Assembly (NCBI GenBank): GCA_003971905.1 | Contig: RSEE01000034.1 | Location: forward strand, 496,001 to 560,000 | Length of the DNA stretch: 64,000 nt | Source of the DNA: Moniliella sp. 'wahieum' | Taxonomy: Eukaryota | Reading direction: 5' to 3' | Part shown: positions 9,514 to 21,183 of the stretch, in pieces | How the letters are laid out: each line of letters opens with the position of its first letter | Position numbering within the stretch: the stretch's first letter is position 1 | The notes under the pieces: generated by a model | What the model was told of the DNA's origin: nothing | What the model saw: the letters and a program-made list of their open reading frames with translations, nothing else | Databases searched by the model: none | Position numbers and translations under genes: made by a program

Positions 9514-12500
9514 TTAGAAGTACAGACTAGCGGCAAAGACAATGTCACGCCGGATCGTGTCGCGGGCCACATCCATCTTGCGATAAAGGTCTGCATCGCC
9601 ATCACGCGGGCAGCATCGCGCACCTCGCGACAGGTCTCATCGAGGGGGTGATGCAGCGAACGATGGTCCCCTCAGCTGCGTCGGTCATGGCGATGATCTG
9701 GTCAAACGGGGTGCCTTGGGCCCAGGCATAAACCACGTGAATCAGTCCCGGACGGAACTTGGCTTCGTAGTCTTCCACATTGATCTGATGCTGGGCTTGC
9801 ACCTGGCCCACCTTGTGCGCCGTTTGCATTACGAGAGCGTACCCGTCCGCAGCTTGCGAGGGAGTTCCGGCAGATCATCGTCCCTGCCATCGTAGATAAA
9901 GGGGCTGAGAAGAGCGACGGCTTCCTCGGGCGTGAAGGAAGCAAACGCATTGTCCAAAATCAGTTCAGTCAGGACCAAATTGTCCGCCGTGTTGATCTCG
10001 CACGCCACCGGCCCTTGAGCAACACACTCTCTGACACGGCATCCACAAATCGAAGCGCCTTCAGCACCTCGACTCGCTGATGGTAGTCGGGTAGCAGCTC
10101 CAAGTTCTCGTTGCTCAGGCGCAGTTCCATGTCCATCACATCGCGCTCGAGCGTACGGCGCTGCGTTACAATGCGGTAGTCGGCCTCGAAATGCTCATCA
10201 GCCGCCACCTCGCGGAACGAAGTCGAGACAAGTTGGCTCGTGTAGTCGTTCCGCTGCCCCAGCGTCTCGTTAAAGTCGAGACGACGGAGCTTGGCCCAGG
10301 ACGCCTCGGGCAAGGGCCCTTCCTGCGCCGCACTTGCTAGTGACCTCCCAATCGGGAGCAAGAGCTGGACCGTTTGGTTCAGTGCACTCTTCCGGTGCGA
10401 GGTGACCATGCTATGGGGGAAGTCGAGGGTGAAGGAGGTGACCCACACGACCGACGCCACTCGTACCTCTCTCAAGTCGTACACCCACCCAGCCATCCTC
10501 CCTCCGTAGGGCAAAGTGGGGTGGCCACAACGGGGGCATACCATGGGTCGAAGGACGATCAAACTTGCCTGCCTTGCGCTCGGGCGAAGCAGCGGCCAAA
10601 ACTAAGAGCTCATCAACCGAGATCACCTTGACCACAACAGCCAAGCTAAAGTCAAAGTGTTCGTCCCGCAAAGTACCACACGGCCCAATTGAATCGTTCG
10701 CCGGCCGGGTAATTGCTGTTCCATAGCCATCTCGACAACTCCCTCTGGGAAAGGGTCGCAGCCCGCGCGGCATCAGAAGGCCAAAAAGGCTTCTTCCCGT
10801 TCTGGATTCTCGAGGGACGGAACAGCAGCGAGACGTTGCTGCAATCCACGGAGCCTGCGCTCGTTTTCAGGTTGCAGCTTTTGAAGTGCATTCTCAGAGA
10901 AGGAGCGCTTGATCATATCCTCCACCTTGAGTGCCTCGACACGAAGCAAGTTAAGAATCATGTTGTACGTCAGGCGGAACTGGCTGATGAGCTTATCGGG
11001 GGTACCGAGAATCATGCTGTTGATGGCAGCTTGGGTGTACTGCTTGTCCGACGCATTGATGATCACCGTACCGGTTGCGTCCAAGCCACGACGACCAGCA
11101 CGGCCGGCCATCTGGGTATACTCGCCAGGGGACAAGTCACGGAAGTTGGTGCCATCGTGCTTGCGGGTAGAAGAAAAGACGACGGCACGGGCTGGCATGT
11201 TGACACCCATGGCGAATGTCTCGGTAGCAAAGAGGACCTTGACTAGGCCTCGCTGGAATAGGATCTCCACAACCTCCTTCACCAATGGAAGAAGACCGCC
11301 GTGATGCACGCCAATCCCACGGGCGAGCAAGTCCCTCATCCGGATAATCTGGGGCAAGTTCCGGTCCTGCTCCTTGAGCCGGGTCAAGGACTTTTCAATC
11401 ATTACATGTACCTCACTCTTCTCCTTGGCAGAGTTGAGGTCCGTGTTGGGCAGACTTGAAGCGTACTCCTCGCACTTTTTCTTACTAAACACAAATACCA
11501 CCGTAGGCAGCAAGTCGCGCTTGCGCAACAAGCCCACCATATGTACCCACAAGTTCTTATCCGGCCCCGAGCGACCCGAATTGGGTCCGGAGCGAGCGGG
11601 GCCACCAAACCCACCACGGGGAACTACTGCTCCGCCGCGTCCACCTCCCCGACTTCCCCTCGGCCCCCGCGGGAAGGCGGCCCGCCACGCCCTGCTTGTC
11701 CTCCACCTCGTCCGCCACGAGCGAGCTGGGCCAAGGAGGGCAAGCCAGCCGCCTCGCGTTCCTTGTCCTGCTTGCGCTTGAGCGCCTCATCAGCATCATG
11801 CAAACCCGACGGCAGCAATTTGCCCGTCGAATCAACCACCTTGAAGATCTCCTTGCCGGCAAAAAGATAATGTTCCAACGGAACTGGACGCTTCAGTGTA
11901 CTAATCACGTAAATATCCTTTTTCTTGGTCCGGCCCACCCAATCGGAAAATTCTGCAAAAAAGGTTACTACTTTGGTGGCCAAAGGGGAGACGGGGACGC
12001 ACCTCGAGTGTTGGGCACAGTGGCAGAAAGGAGGATGAGGTTAATGTGGTGAGGAGCGAGGATGATGACTTCTTCCCACACCACACCACGTTCTTGGTCG
12101 TTAACATAGTGTACCTCGTCAAAGATGATAAATTCGACATCACGAATCAGGTCCGCGCCTCGGTAGAGCATGCTGCGCAAAATTTCAGTCGTCATGATGA
12201 GGCACGGCGCCGTCTCGTTGATCTGGACATCGCCAGTAAGAATGCCGACATTGTCCGCCCCAAACGTCTTTTTGAATTCGCGGAACTTTTGGTTGGACAA
12301 GGCTTTGATCGGAGAGGTGTAGACACAGCGTGTCATGTGCTTCATGGCCAACGCAATCGCATACTCGGCCACCACCGTCTTACCTGCCGATGTGTGGGCC
12401 GCGACAAAGACCGAGTCGCCCTGCTCCAGATGGTAGACAGCTTGCTTTTGGAACACGTCCAGCTCGAATGGATATTCGTGCGCCATCTGCGGCACCAACT

Positions 12501-13430
12501 GGGAAAAGTTGGGGAACCCAGTGGTCATGTCCACCACATGGGCCCATTCCTTGGCCTGACCACGTTGGGCCAGCGCTCGACTGCTGTAATGCATCCGTTC
12601 AGTCGGAAGAAGTTCGTCCAGCTCGGCATCCAGTCGGTCGCGCATCATCTTTCCCTCTTCGGGAGCCGAAGGAGAGGCCTGGTTGTCGGCCACCTTCTCT
12701 TCCACCAACGCAGTGGTCATCGGCACATACACAGGCTCAGGCAGCAGAGACGACGCAAAGCCTTCGATTCCCTCGTTGTCCATGTCGGCCGAATCAGAGA
12801 AGATCCCACGCACAAATCCTGGGGGAATGGACTTGAGCTGCGCACCGGCCGCAAAGGGGTCCGAGTCGGGGACAGGGGGCGCTTCAGGGGGCTTCAAGGC
12901 ATCGTCCAAGCCGCCGGGGGCAAACATGGAGTTGCCCGCTTTGCCCCGGACAAAATGGGCCTGAGAGGTCTCCTGTGCGCGCTGGAGAGAAGCACTGGCC
13001 TTTGCCCCTCCGAGAGCAGAGGCAGCATAGATGGAGCGCAGATTCCCACCGTCGCTGGTTGCTTCTTCCCGCCAGCCGACCACGTGGGCATCGAGCCCAG
13101 CGCGGAGGAAGGAAAGATGCGAGGTCTGGATGGCGGGGACGACGGACTGGGCCAAAAGCGAGTCTATGCGCGGAGGGTCCTTCCAGTAGACAGGCAGGGA
13201 GGCAAGGGGGTCGCTGGTATGGGAGGGAGGGGGCAGAAGCGAGGGAGTCGGCGTGAGGAAGTGATCGACGGCAAGCTGTTTGGCCGCGGCGGGCGTCAGA
13301 GGAGCGGCGGCGGCGGGCGCGGCGACGCGTCCAGTGGCCCGGCGCCCTCTCGGAGGGAGGCCAAGCGCGCAGCCAGGGCATCGGCGGCAGCCCAGTCGGC
13401 GTCGTCAAACAGGGCGGTGGGATCGAACAT
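9514..13430 (-). CDS. SKI2: Ski2 DExH RNA helicase of the SKI complex (frameshifted in this assembly)
   Basis: [87 protein letters not shown]-terminal [14 protein letters not shown] 50-nt intron lies at 11953-12002. The start ATG at 13430 is inferred. Confidence 0.95.
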
Positions 13431-13910
13431 GGGCAGGTGGTGGCAGCCCCCCTCGGGCCTCTCCGCGCCCGTCCAGGCCTCCCGGGCCACCCAACTTTCG
13501 CGCGGAACAGCACGCACGACGCACCCCCGCATTCCGCCCCGCTGCACGTGACCACGTGATGCGCCAGTGACAGAGTGTGGTAGGTGTGGCCGGGTGGGGC
13601 ACATGGGTATGGCTGCCGAGCGCAGACCATCGCGGCCCCGTGGTCGTACACGCTATCATTGCTCGTCCCGTTTCAGCCACAACCACCCCCCATCCCTTTC
13701 TTGCCTTCCCTTTCTTTCTCTTTCTCGCCTTGCCTTCCTTCCTTTCCCTCCTCCCTTTTCCTCCCCACCACGCTTTCGTCTTGTGGCCTGGCAACTAAGG
13801 AGCTACCCTCTCTCATTTCTTCCAATGGTCTACACCACGTACTCACCCACAATGCGACCAATGCCATGCCTGCATCGCCTCTAGAGTACCTGCCCCCCTT
13901 GTCACGCACA

Positions 13911-14215
13911 ATGAGTGACGACGCTTCCTTGGCTGATGTTGCTCCTTTGCCGACCAAGCCCCGTTCTCGGGTTCATACACTGCGTCGAACATGATGCATC
14001 AGCATCACCCAAGGCCGAGATGGGTTTCCCAACGACTCCTTCTGTATGCCATGTCCACAACGCTCAACCTTGATTCATTTGAGCTGGCCTTTCCATCGTT
14101 CACTCGGCGAAGAGATCAGGTGCCGGCAACCGCAAGTTGGCAAGCAGTCTCTCAACATACACTTCGTAGGCCAAGCTGTGTGAAGCATGGCCTGGCGGCC
14201 AAATTCGACCCCTGA
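13911..14215 (+). CDS. Possible small hypothetical protein divergent from SKI2
   Basis: A pyrimidine-rich leader (13680-13820) is followed by an ATG in an A-rich context (MSDDASLADVAP...). No recognisable domain; frames are broken. Confidence 0.2.
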
Positions 14216-14527
14216 TCGAGGATGAGTCGCTTTTCCGCGACTCCATGTGAGTACTTCGATTATAGGCGCTATGAACTGTCTATATCAGGACAATGAATGA
14301 GGTTAGACGAGACATTGGAATGCAGACTTGGGATTGCAGATGGGCAAGAACAGTAGCGAAAGACTGCTCGTGTTCAAGAACGTCAGAGAGGCAAGGGCAT
14401 GTGAGTGGGAACAGTTGACCTGGAGCACACCGCAGGGATGGCTCCAGGCTCAACCAGCGGACACGAAGGGTATAGGCCAGCCTCCAATCGTGGTTTTTTT
14501 TCGGTGTTGGTAGCCAACAGAGTGGGT

Positions 14528-15482
14528 TTAGTGCCACTTGTCAGGCAGGTGGCCAGCCAGGTCAACGGCGGTAGCAATGTCCTTGGCAACGTAGGTGGGC
14601 GTGATGGGGCGATCGGGACGGTCAAGCATGTCCTTGGAGGTGATGCCCGAGAGGACAAGGCACTGCGCAAACCCAGCGCGCTGGCCAAAGGGAATGTCCG
14701 TGTCGAGCCGGTCACCAAAGAAGATCGCGCGCTTGGGTCCACATTGTGCGCGCGCACCACACAGTCCAGAATGGGCTGGTGAGGCTTGCCAATCACAATG
14801 GGGTGGCGACCGGTCGAGTTGATAATGGGCGCCACCGTGGCACCAGCCTCGGGCCAAGGACCGCCAATGGCAGGCGTGGTGGTGTCCTCGTTGGTGAGGA
14901 TAAAGTGCACCTCGGGGTCCATCACATACTTGGCCGCCTTGGCCGTCTTGGCGTAGTTTTGGTCAATGTCGAATCCGACAATGACGGCGCCCACCTTGGG
15001 TCGATCACGCCAGGGGCGGCGAGCGCCTCAAAGGGGTGGTCCGAAGGGAGACCCGCCGAGCGGTGGTGCGGGTCTTGGGTGCCGCCAATGTGCTCCACGC
15101 CTTCCAGGTCGAGTTCGTGCTCGATGCCCTCCATGCCCAGCACATAGACCTTGTTGCGCTCCTGCTCCTTGATCTTGAGCACTTGGGAGACATACACGGC
15201 GGCAGCGTAGGCGGACGAGATCATCTCGTCTTCGTGCACCTCAATGCCGAGCTTGGCAAACTTTTTGAGGTAGGTGGCGCGCGAGACAGAGGCATTGTTG
15301 GTAACAAAGAGCACCTTCTTGCCCTGGGAGCGAAGGTAGGCCAGCGCATCGGCACTGCCCGTGATGGGCGTGTCGATGCGGTAGAGGACACCGTCGCAGT
15401 CAAAGACAAACGTGTCGTACTTGGCCAGCAGCTCGGAGGAGAAGCCGTCCTTGGAGAGGTGGAGGGTGTGGTAGGCGTCCAT
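14528..15482 (-). CDS. PHO13: HAD-superfamily IIA phosphatase (4-nitrophenylphosphatase / phosphoglycolate phosphatase, Pho13-like)
   Basis: KYDTFVFDCDGVL (motif I), FVTNNAS (motif II), AVIVGFD, FILTNED, IGKP (motif III), FFGDRLDTDIPFG and LVLSGI (motif IV), spread over three frames. Confidence 0.9.
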
Positions 15483-17185
15483 GGTGCAGAGATGTAGACG
15501 GGGGCAAAGGCACAAGGGGTGGGGGTGGGGGATGGTGGAGCAGCAGCGGGTTGGGTGGCTAGGCGGGTTATATAGAGACCGGGAGAAGCAAGCAAGAAAC
15601 GAGGGAGCTGAGTGCGCTGGGTGCGCTACTGGACCATGGGCAGCAGAACGAGCAGTGGTTAATGATTGACGTTTAACGATTAACGAGGACGGATGCTGCT
15701 GGCTAGTGCCTGACGCGCTGGGTCGCAGGAGGTCTCGGGAGGTCGCTGTCGCAACGACGCGGTTTGATAATGGGAGGGGGTGATGTCATCGATCACCGGC
15801 CATCGCATGTTGCAGCGCGACACGGCACGTGTGCCGCGACACTCGATACGCGCCACGCCTGTATGCACAACGATTCGATTCCAGCGTGTCCACGGGCAAC
15901 ACCACCGAATAACCCCAGTTTCAGCCGGCCTTGGCCATCCGTGCATCCGCGCAATGCGCCAGGCTGGAGGACCGGTGCTCTTTCAGCCGCGCAGGTAGCA
16001 GAGGTGGCCGCCGCGGGCACGCGAGCAGTGTAGGACAGTTTGACTCGTGCCACGTGTGCGATGGCTGCATGGGTCCATGGGTGGAGTGGACATGGGTCCA
16101 TGGGTGCTGTGTCCCTCCGTCCAGCGTCCAGCGCCAGGCGGCCCCATTAACCATTGGACGTGCCACGGGGCACCGTTTCGTTTGAAACTTGGCCATCGGA
16201 GATCTGAGATCTGGGGACCTGAGATCGGAAAAAACATCTGAACCAGCAGAAACACCCGCTGGCAGGCAGCATGGCACGTGCCAGCGCCAGCGACACAGTG
16301 ACTAGTGACATGTGACATGCTCTGGCCTGTCGCTGCATGCCCGGCCCCCCGGTTCAGTGCACCCGCTGCTGCCCTGGGGCTGCCCCCGTGCTCGTCGCGG
16401 TCAACATTTCATGTTCAACACGTGCAACTCCTTCCGCCAAGTACTCAGCACGTGTCAAATTTCAAATCTTGGCCTGTCTTGATTAAGATTTTGATCCCGC
16501 AGGGTCAAGCTACCCAGCTAACCTCTCCCGCCGGCCCACATCTCCACGCCTTCTGAAGCCACTGTGATGAATGATTGGCTCACTTGCCGCATCAAACACA
16601 AACTGCCCTTGGCCAGGCGCAGGTGGCGCGGTGCAGCTCCCTACGGCCTACACTACTCCCACTCGCTTTCAAGCCATCTTACCTTCTGATTGGACCACAT
16701 AGCCTTTTCCATCGACTATCGATACCAACCAGGCCGCAGGCGTGTTGACGTTCCATGCCTTGAGCAAGGCAACGGAAATAGAGATGGTGCCGAGCAATCA
16801 GGGGGAAGGCAGCCCGGAGGCGCAACGGCGCCACCTCGCCCACAGTTTCTTTGGCTTGCAACTGGCATCATCTGCATCATCGCTGATTCCATGTCATTGG
16901 CAGAGCTTAAGGCTGGGACAGGGGGAACGCTACGTCAAATCCTAACCGTTCATCTTGCGGGGGTTACTGTGTTTGCCAACGTTGTCACCAAAACCAGAGG
17001 AGAATACGGCCGGAGCACTGCACTTTGGGTGTGCCCCGTTAAACGTTGAGACGTTGAGTTATCGATTATCGATCATCAATATCAATATCACCCTTCAATC
17101 CAAACAACAAAGAGACAAGGAGAAAGCCTAGGAAAGTGCTACCGCAGCTGCCGCAACTCACTACTGACAAAGCCGAGGCAATCAA

Positions 17186-17254
17186 GATTCAGGATTCAGG
17201 ATTCATTCAGGATTCATTCAGGATTCATTCAGGATTCAGGATTCTCGATTCAGG
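17186..17254 (+). repeat. Short tandem repeat (GATTCAG / GATTCATTCAG)n just downstream of the transposase stop
   Basis: Directly visible. Confidence 0.85.
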
Positions 17255-17258
17255 CGTT

Positions 17259-20200
17259 TTACTTTTCGAATGCCCAGGCGCGTGTCCCGTCGGCGGAAGA
17301 AGAGCCGTCCGGGAGAATGGTTTCGGGCGTTTCAAACCGGCCCACGGTCGCCTCCAACTCGTCAGTCGAAACGAGCACATACCCGCTGGCAGCGTTGGAG
17401 ATACGGTAGAGCTTGGCGTCGGACTCTAACGGTAAGGCGTCATCTAGCAGTGCGTCAAACCGCTTTACCAGCACCCATTCCTTTGGCCCAGGGAGGGGAG
17501 GCTCAACCGTACTCGTATCCAGCACAACGAAGAACAGGACCTGCACGATCTGTACCGGGAGGTTGGGACCCAGAGACTTGAGTTTGGCATAGCACCTGCT
17601 TCGTCTGCAGTTCGAGTTTTGATCTTCCGCCAGCTTTCCACGGAACGAGCGAATGGTGTCCTTCACGCCCCAGATCCCAAAGTATCGTAGGCTGCACTCC
17701 TTCCAGCGCGGAACCACGACGGTGAGACAGGCTTGGAACCGCATCATATACTCGGTGGGAATGTCCGCCGGGGCCAGCTTGAGACTAAATTTGGTCTCGG
17801 ATTGTTGTTCGAAAGGCCGGTCAGTTGCCAAATCCGCGAGTAGGATGGTGTTGGCACGCTCCATGGCCGGGAGCACCGAACTGTAGGCACGTGCATCCTG
17901 GGGAGCAGTTTGCTTGGTAGGGCGCTGCGTCTTCTCCCTCCAGCCTTGCCACACGGACGTGATCGTGCCAAAGACACGGATGTGCTCCGCGACATGCAGG
18001 AGACTGTGCAGAGAGACACTGTGGTCCGGGTATAGATCAGTGGATGAGTTGGATGCAACACGATTCAAGAGGGATAGGTACGCACGGGGCTCGTTGTACC
18101 AAGTCGGGGTGGAAGTTGATGTACACGCGCTCCCACAACGTGCAGAACTGGTCAAACATCCGCTCAATCGTAGCCAGCTCTTCCTCCGACACACTGGGCT
18201 GCAACGACAGGCGCATCCCGACCAGAAAGGAGAGAAGCATTTGCAACACCTCGGATGGGGCACCGACCGCAACCAGCCCGGTGGGTAGAGGTAGTACTGA
18301 AGCACAATCAGCCACTCAAACGCGCGGAATTGGTTGTCGGCGAAATGCAGGGTAATGTTGCGAACCGACTGGGCCGAGAAAGTAGCTGGGAACAAGCCCC
18401 GATTCGTCTGAGTCAGCTTTCCAAAGGCAAAAAATTGAGCAGGCGTCAAGTAGAACTCGGACGGATGGCCCGAGCGTTCCACACGCGGGGCAACGAGGGT
18501 GAGCACAATCAACGGAGCCATCTCGAGCGCAAAGAGATGAAAGACGTCGGTGGGGAAGAATCCGAACGACCGCCAAAGAGGCAACCAGCGAACAAGAGGA
18601 GCATAGTTCGCCCCAAACGCTTTCTCGGGGCTCACGGCGTCCGTGGGCTGGCCCCCGGCTTTATAATTCCAGCGCCAATCGCGCTGTCGGTTGTGACTCT
18701 CTGGACCATGGCAATCGCAGCTTTTCAAAATCTGGTCATGTACCGCATCTGTCCGCACAGCGACAGGAGAGGGATTCACAGGTGGTACGATCCCCCAGCG
18801 ACGTAAAAAGTGTTGAAATAGGTCCCTCCCGGGGGCTGGGGCTCGATGCGCCTTAGTCGCGGAAGATACTTTCCTTGTCCCACAGCAGGATCAACTGCTG
18901 GCATAAAGCAATCTGTACAAGGCCAATCGCTGGCTGCGCCTTGGAGGCCCGAAACATTCGCAACCGCGAACCGGTCTGCGATAATAGCGACCACAAACGG
19001 TCGCACCGTAATCGTCTTGCGCACCGCGGCGCTGTACACCGGGAACGGTTGCCCGAGCTCCCAAAAAAGCGGATCGAGGAAGGATTCCAAGTTCTGGGGC
19101 TCGTGCGGTCCAGGGATGGTCAGAACATTGTGGATGTATTCATTTTTGGTTCGCGTCTCGGGTGGAAGATTGCCAATCTGCAACCTGAACGTCCATGCGC
19201 GTCCTGGCGTTGCAGTCTCCATTAAGGCGTCATCAAGGGAAACAATAAGCGCAACGTCAAGAACGTCATCAGGACCATCGACGAGGAAAAAAACCCCGGT
19301 GGTGCGCAGTGTCAACCCACTGTCCGTCCCAGATATCAGTACGCGATCCCCCAGGGCAACGTTGCTGCATCTTGCGCCGCGGATAGGCATGCATCTCCTG
19401 AGCAATGTGCTTGTTGTCCAGCAGGATCCTGATTTTGGGTTTGAGAGACAGAAACTGCACCCTTGGGCATTTACGCTCCTTGGCAAGGGGGCGCTGTTTG
19501 TGACAGTACGGACACACATCATCCGCGGCATTCATGCCATAAAAGGCCACGCATGAGTCGTCGCACATGGGCCAGTATTGGGTACCCAGGTCGGCATCGG
19601 CCCCTGGGCCTTGGTCTTGATCACGGATTCAACTTCGTCGCTGGATAGAAGAGGCACATTGAAGTGTTTCTGCATCAGCTGGGCAAGGTTGTCCACCAAT
19701 GATGCAGGTCCCTGGCCCGAGTGGGCCAGCATCATGAGTTCCATCGAGAATTCAACCTCACGCTCCACGTCCGCCCGTGGCCGGCCCTCCAACTCCACTC
19801 GCCTCTGCACCATTTCGTCATAATCGTCAATGCCCTCGTATTGTCGTGCCTCCTCCGCTTCCTGGTCCGCATGTTCCTCGGCATACATAGCCTCCGCCTC
19901 GTGGGCATCGGCCTCGTCGCGTGCCAACGTTTGGTCCTCTCTGTTTTTGGTTGAGCGGACCAAATAAGGAACCGTCTTGGTAACCACATCAGTTTCAGGT
20001 TCATCATGTCCACGCCCGAGAACTTGGTTGAGCACATCGCTCATCCTGTTAGTGAGCTCTTCCATACGAGGATCCAGATCCGGCTCTTGGTCATCCTCCA
20101 CTGGTACGCCGCCGTCAGGACGAGGAGGCGCCACAGCTTGGGGAGGAGCCACAGCACGGGGAGGTGCCACGGCTTGGGGACGCATCACAGCTTGGTTTTG

Positions 20201-20692
20201 CCTAACTTGCACGCGGCTGGCAGGACGAGGAAGCATCACAGGCGCAGGCGCACCGCTGGGTCCCGATTGGGCTGACGTGCCCTGCTGGGGAAGTGCAGAT
20301 GGTCCGACGTCTGTTCTTGGTCGGCGCGCCCGGTCCGAAGGTTCTCCGACGGACGACGGGGAGCGCGGGCGTCGAGCGCTGCCCCAGTTCCTGATACTGC
20401 TCTTGTGGATCTCGAGCATCTTGCGCCGCAGGGTATCCTGGTTCATAGGGTGGCCAAAGAGGATCACAAGTTTTTGCTGGTACGCAGCATTCAAGTTGGG
20501 TATGTTGTTGGTATGATACGCAGCCTTGCTGCCATGAACGAGCGGGATCTTGCGCTCACGCAGCGCGTCGGCTGATACACTGTCGAGACAGCGAGGACAG
20601 ATGCATACACGGAACGAGGCGGGCGCTCCTTCGGCCGTCGTGCGCTCAGCGCGCAGAGCGGCCCAGTCAGTGTCCGCGGTGAAGACCGACAT
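17259..20692 (-). CDS. CACTA/EnSpm Tnp2-family (Transposase_21-like) transposase, ~1100 aa if frameshifts are corrected; no TIRs found
   Basis: N-terminal CxCxxC..H; CDDSCVAF..CPYC..R; FLSLKPKIRILL; DIWDG.W; ALIVSLDD; IGNLPPETR.K..I..IPGPHEP..ESFLDPLFWEL; IADRFA..G..CTDC; PTDVFH; HSLLH..HIRVFG..W..RE. Confidence 0.9.
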
Positions 20693-20784
20693 GGATGGAT
20701 GCGGGTCGGAGCCAAGGCGGCGGGAGCTGGTGGTGCATCCAAGCGTGCGCCCTCTGGCTCTGCAAACATATTTTTCGTCTTGAC

Positions 20785-20798
20785 ACGTCACGTGACGT
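20785..20798. promoter_or_regulatory. Perfect 14-bp palindrome ACGTCACGTGACGT containing a Cbf1/USF-type E-box GTCACGTGAC
   Basis: Lies ~95 nt upstream of the transposase ATG (20692). The sequence is seen directly; its function is inferred. Confidence 0.55.
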
Positions 20799-21183
20799 AC
20801 CAGGCGACCCACATCACGCGTCGCGCACCAGCCGCTGCGGTCGCGGATGAATGCATCCGCGTTGCGCTTATGTCAGCCACACAGCCAATATTAAAGTCGA
20901 GAAAGCGTCGAGCCATGCCCAGTGGTGCCAGCATCACATGCACATCACACTCCAATCCACCCGAGGCCCGAGGGCTCAGCTGAGGCTCAGCGGACACAGG
21001 CTAATCGCTTGAAGCTTGAGCTGCCTCGCCTGAGTACTCACTTGAGGACTGAGTGCGCGGTACTCGTCCTACGAAGCTAGGCAAGCAATTCTCCGACCTC
21101 ATTCCCTCCCTGCAGACCACGCAATACTTGTGAGATGAGAGGCAACAAAAAAAAGTGTCCAGAGGATGATATCAAGTTGTGCG

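Noticed and set aside
12046..13551. 501-aa + strand ORF, and similar long antisense ORFs over SEC23, TPT and BLM10
   Set aside because: Antisense shadows of GC-rich, codon-biased real genes; no domain motifs.
16564..16690. GTGATGA ... CTGA as a possible box C/D snoRNA
   Set aside because: No terminal stem or recognisable rRNA-antisense element; such motifs occur by chance.
17157..21035. CTCACTACTG..AGCCGAGGC (17157) and GCCTCGCCTGAGT (~21023) as possible eroded TIRs of the second transposase
   Set aside because: The match is short and gapped, with no TSD and no subterminal array; not distinguishable from chance.
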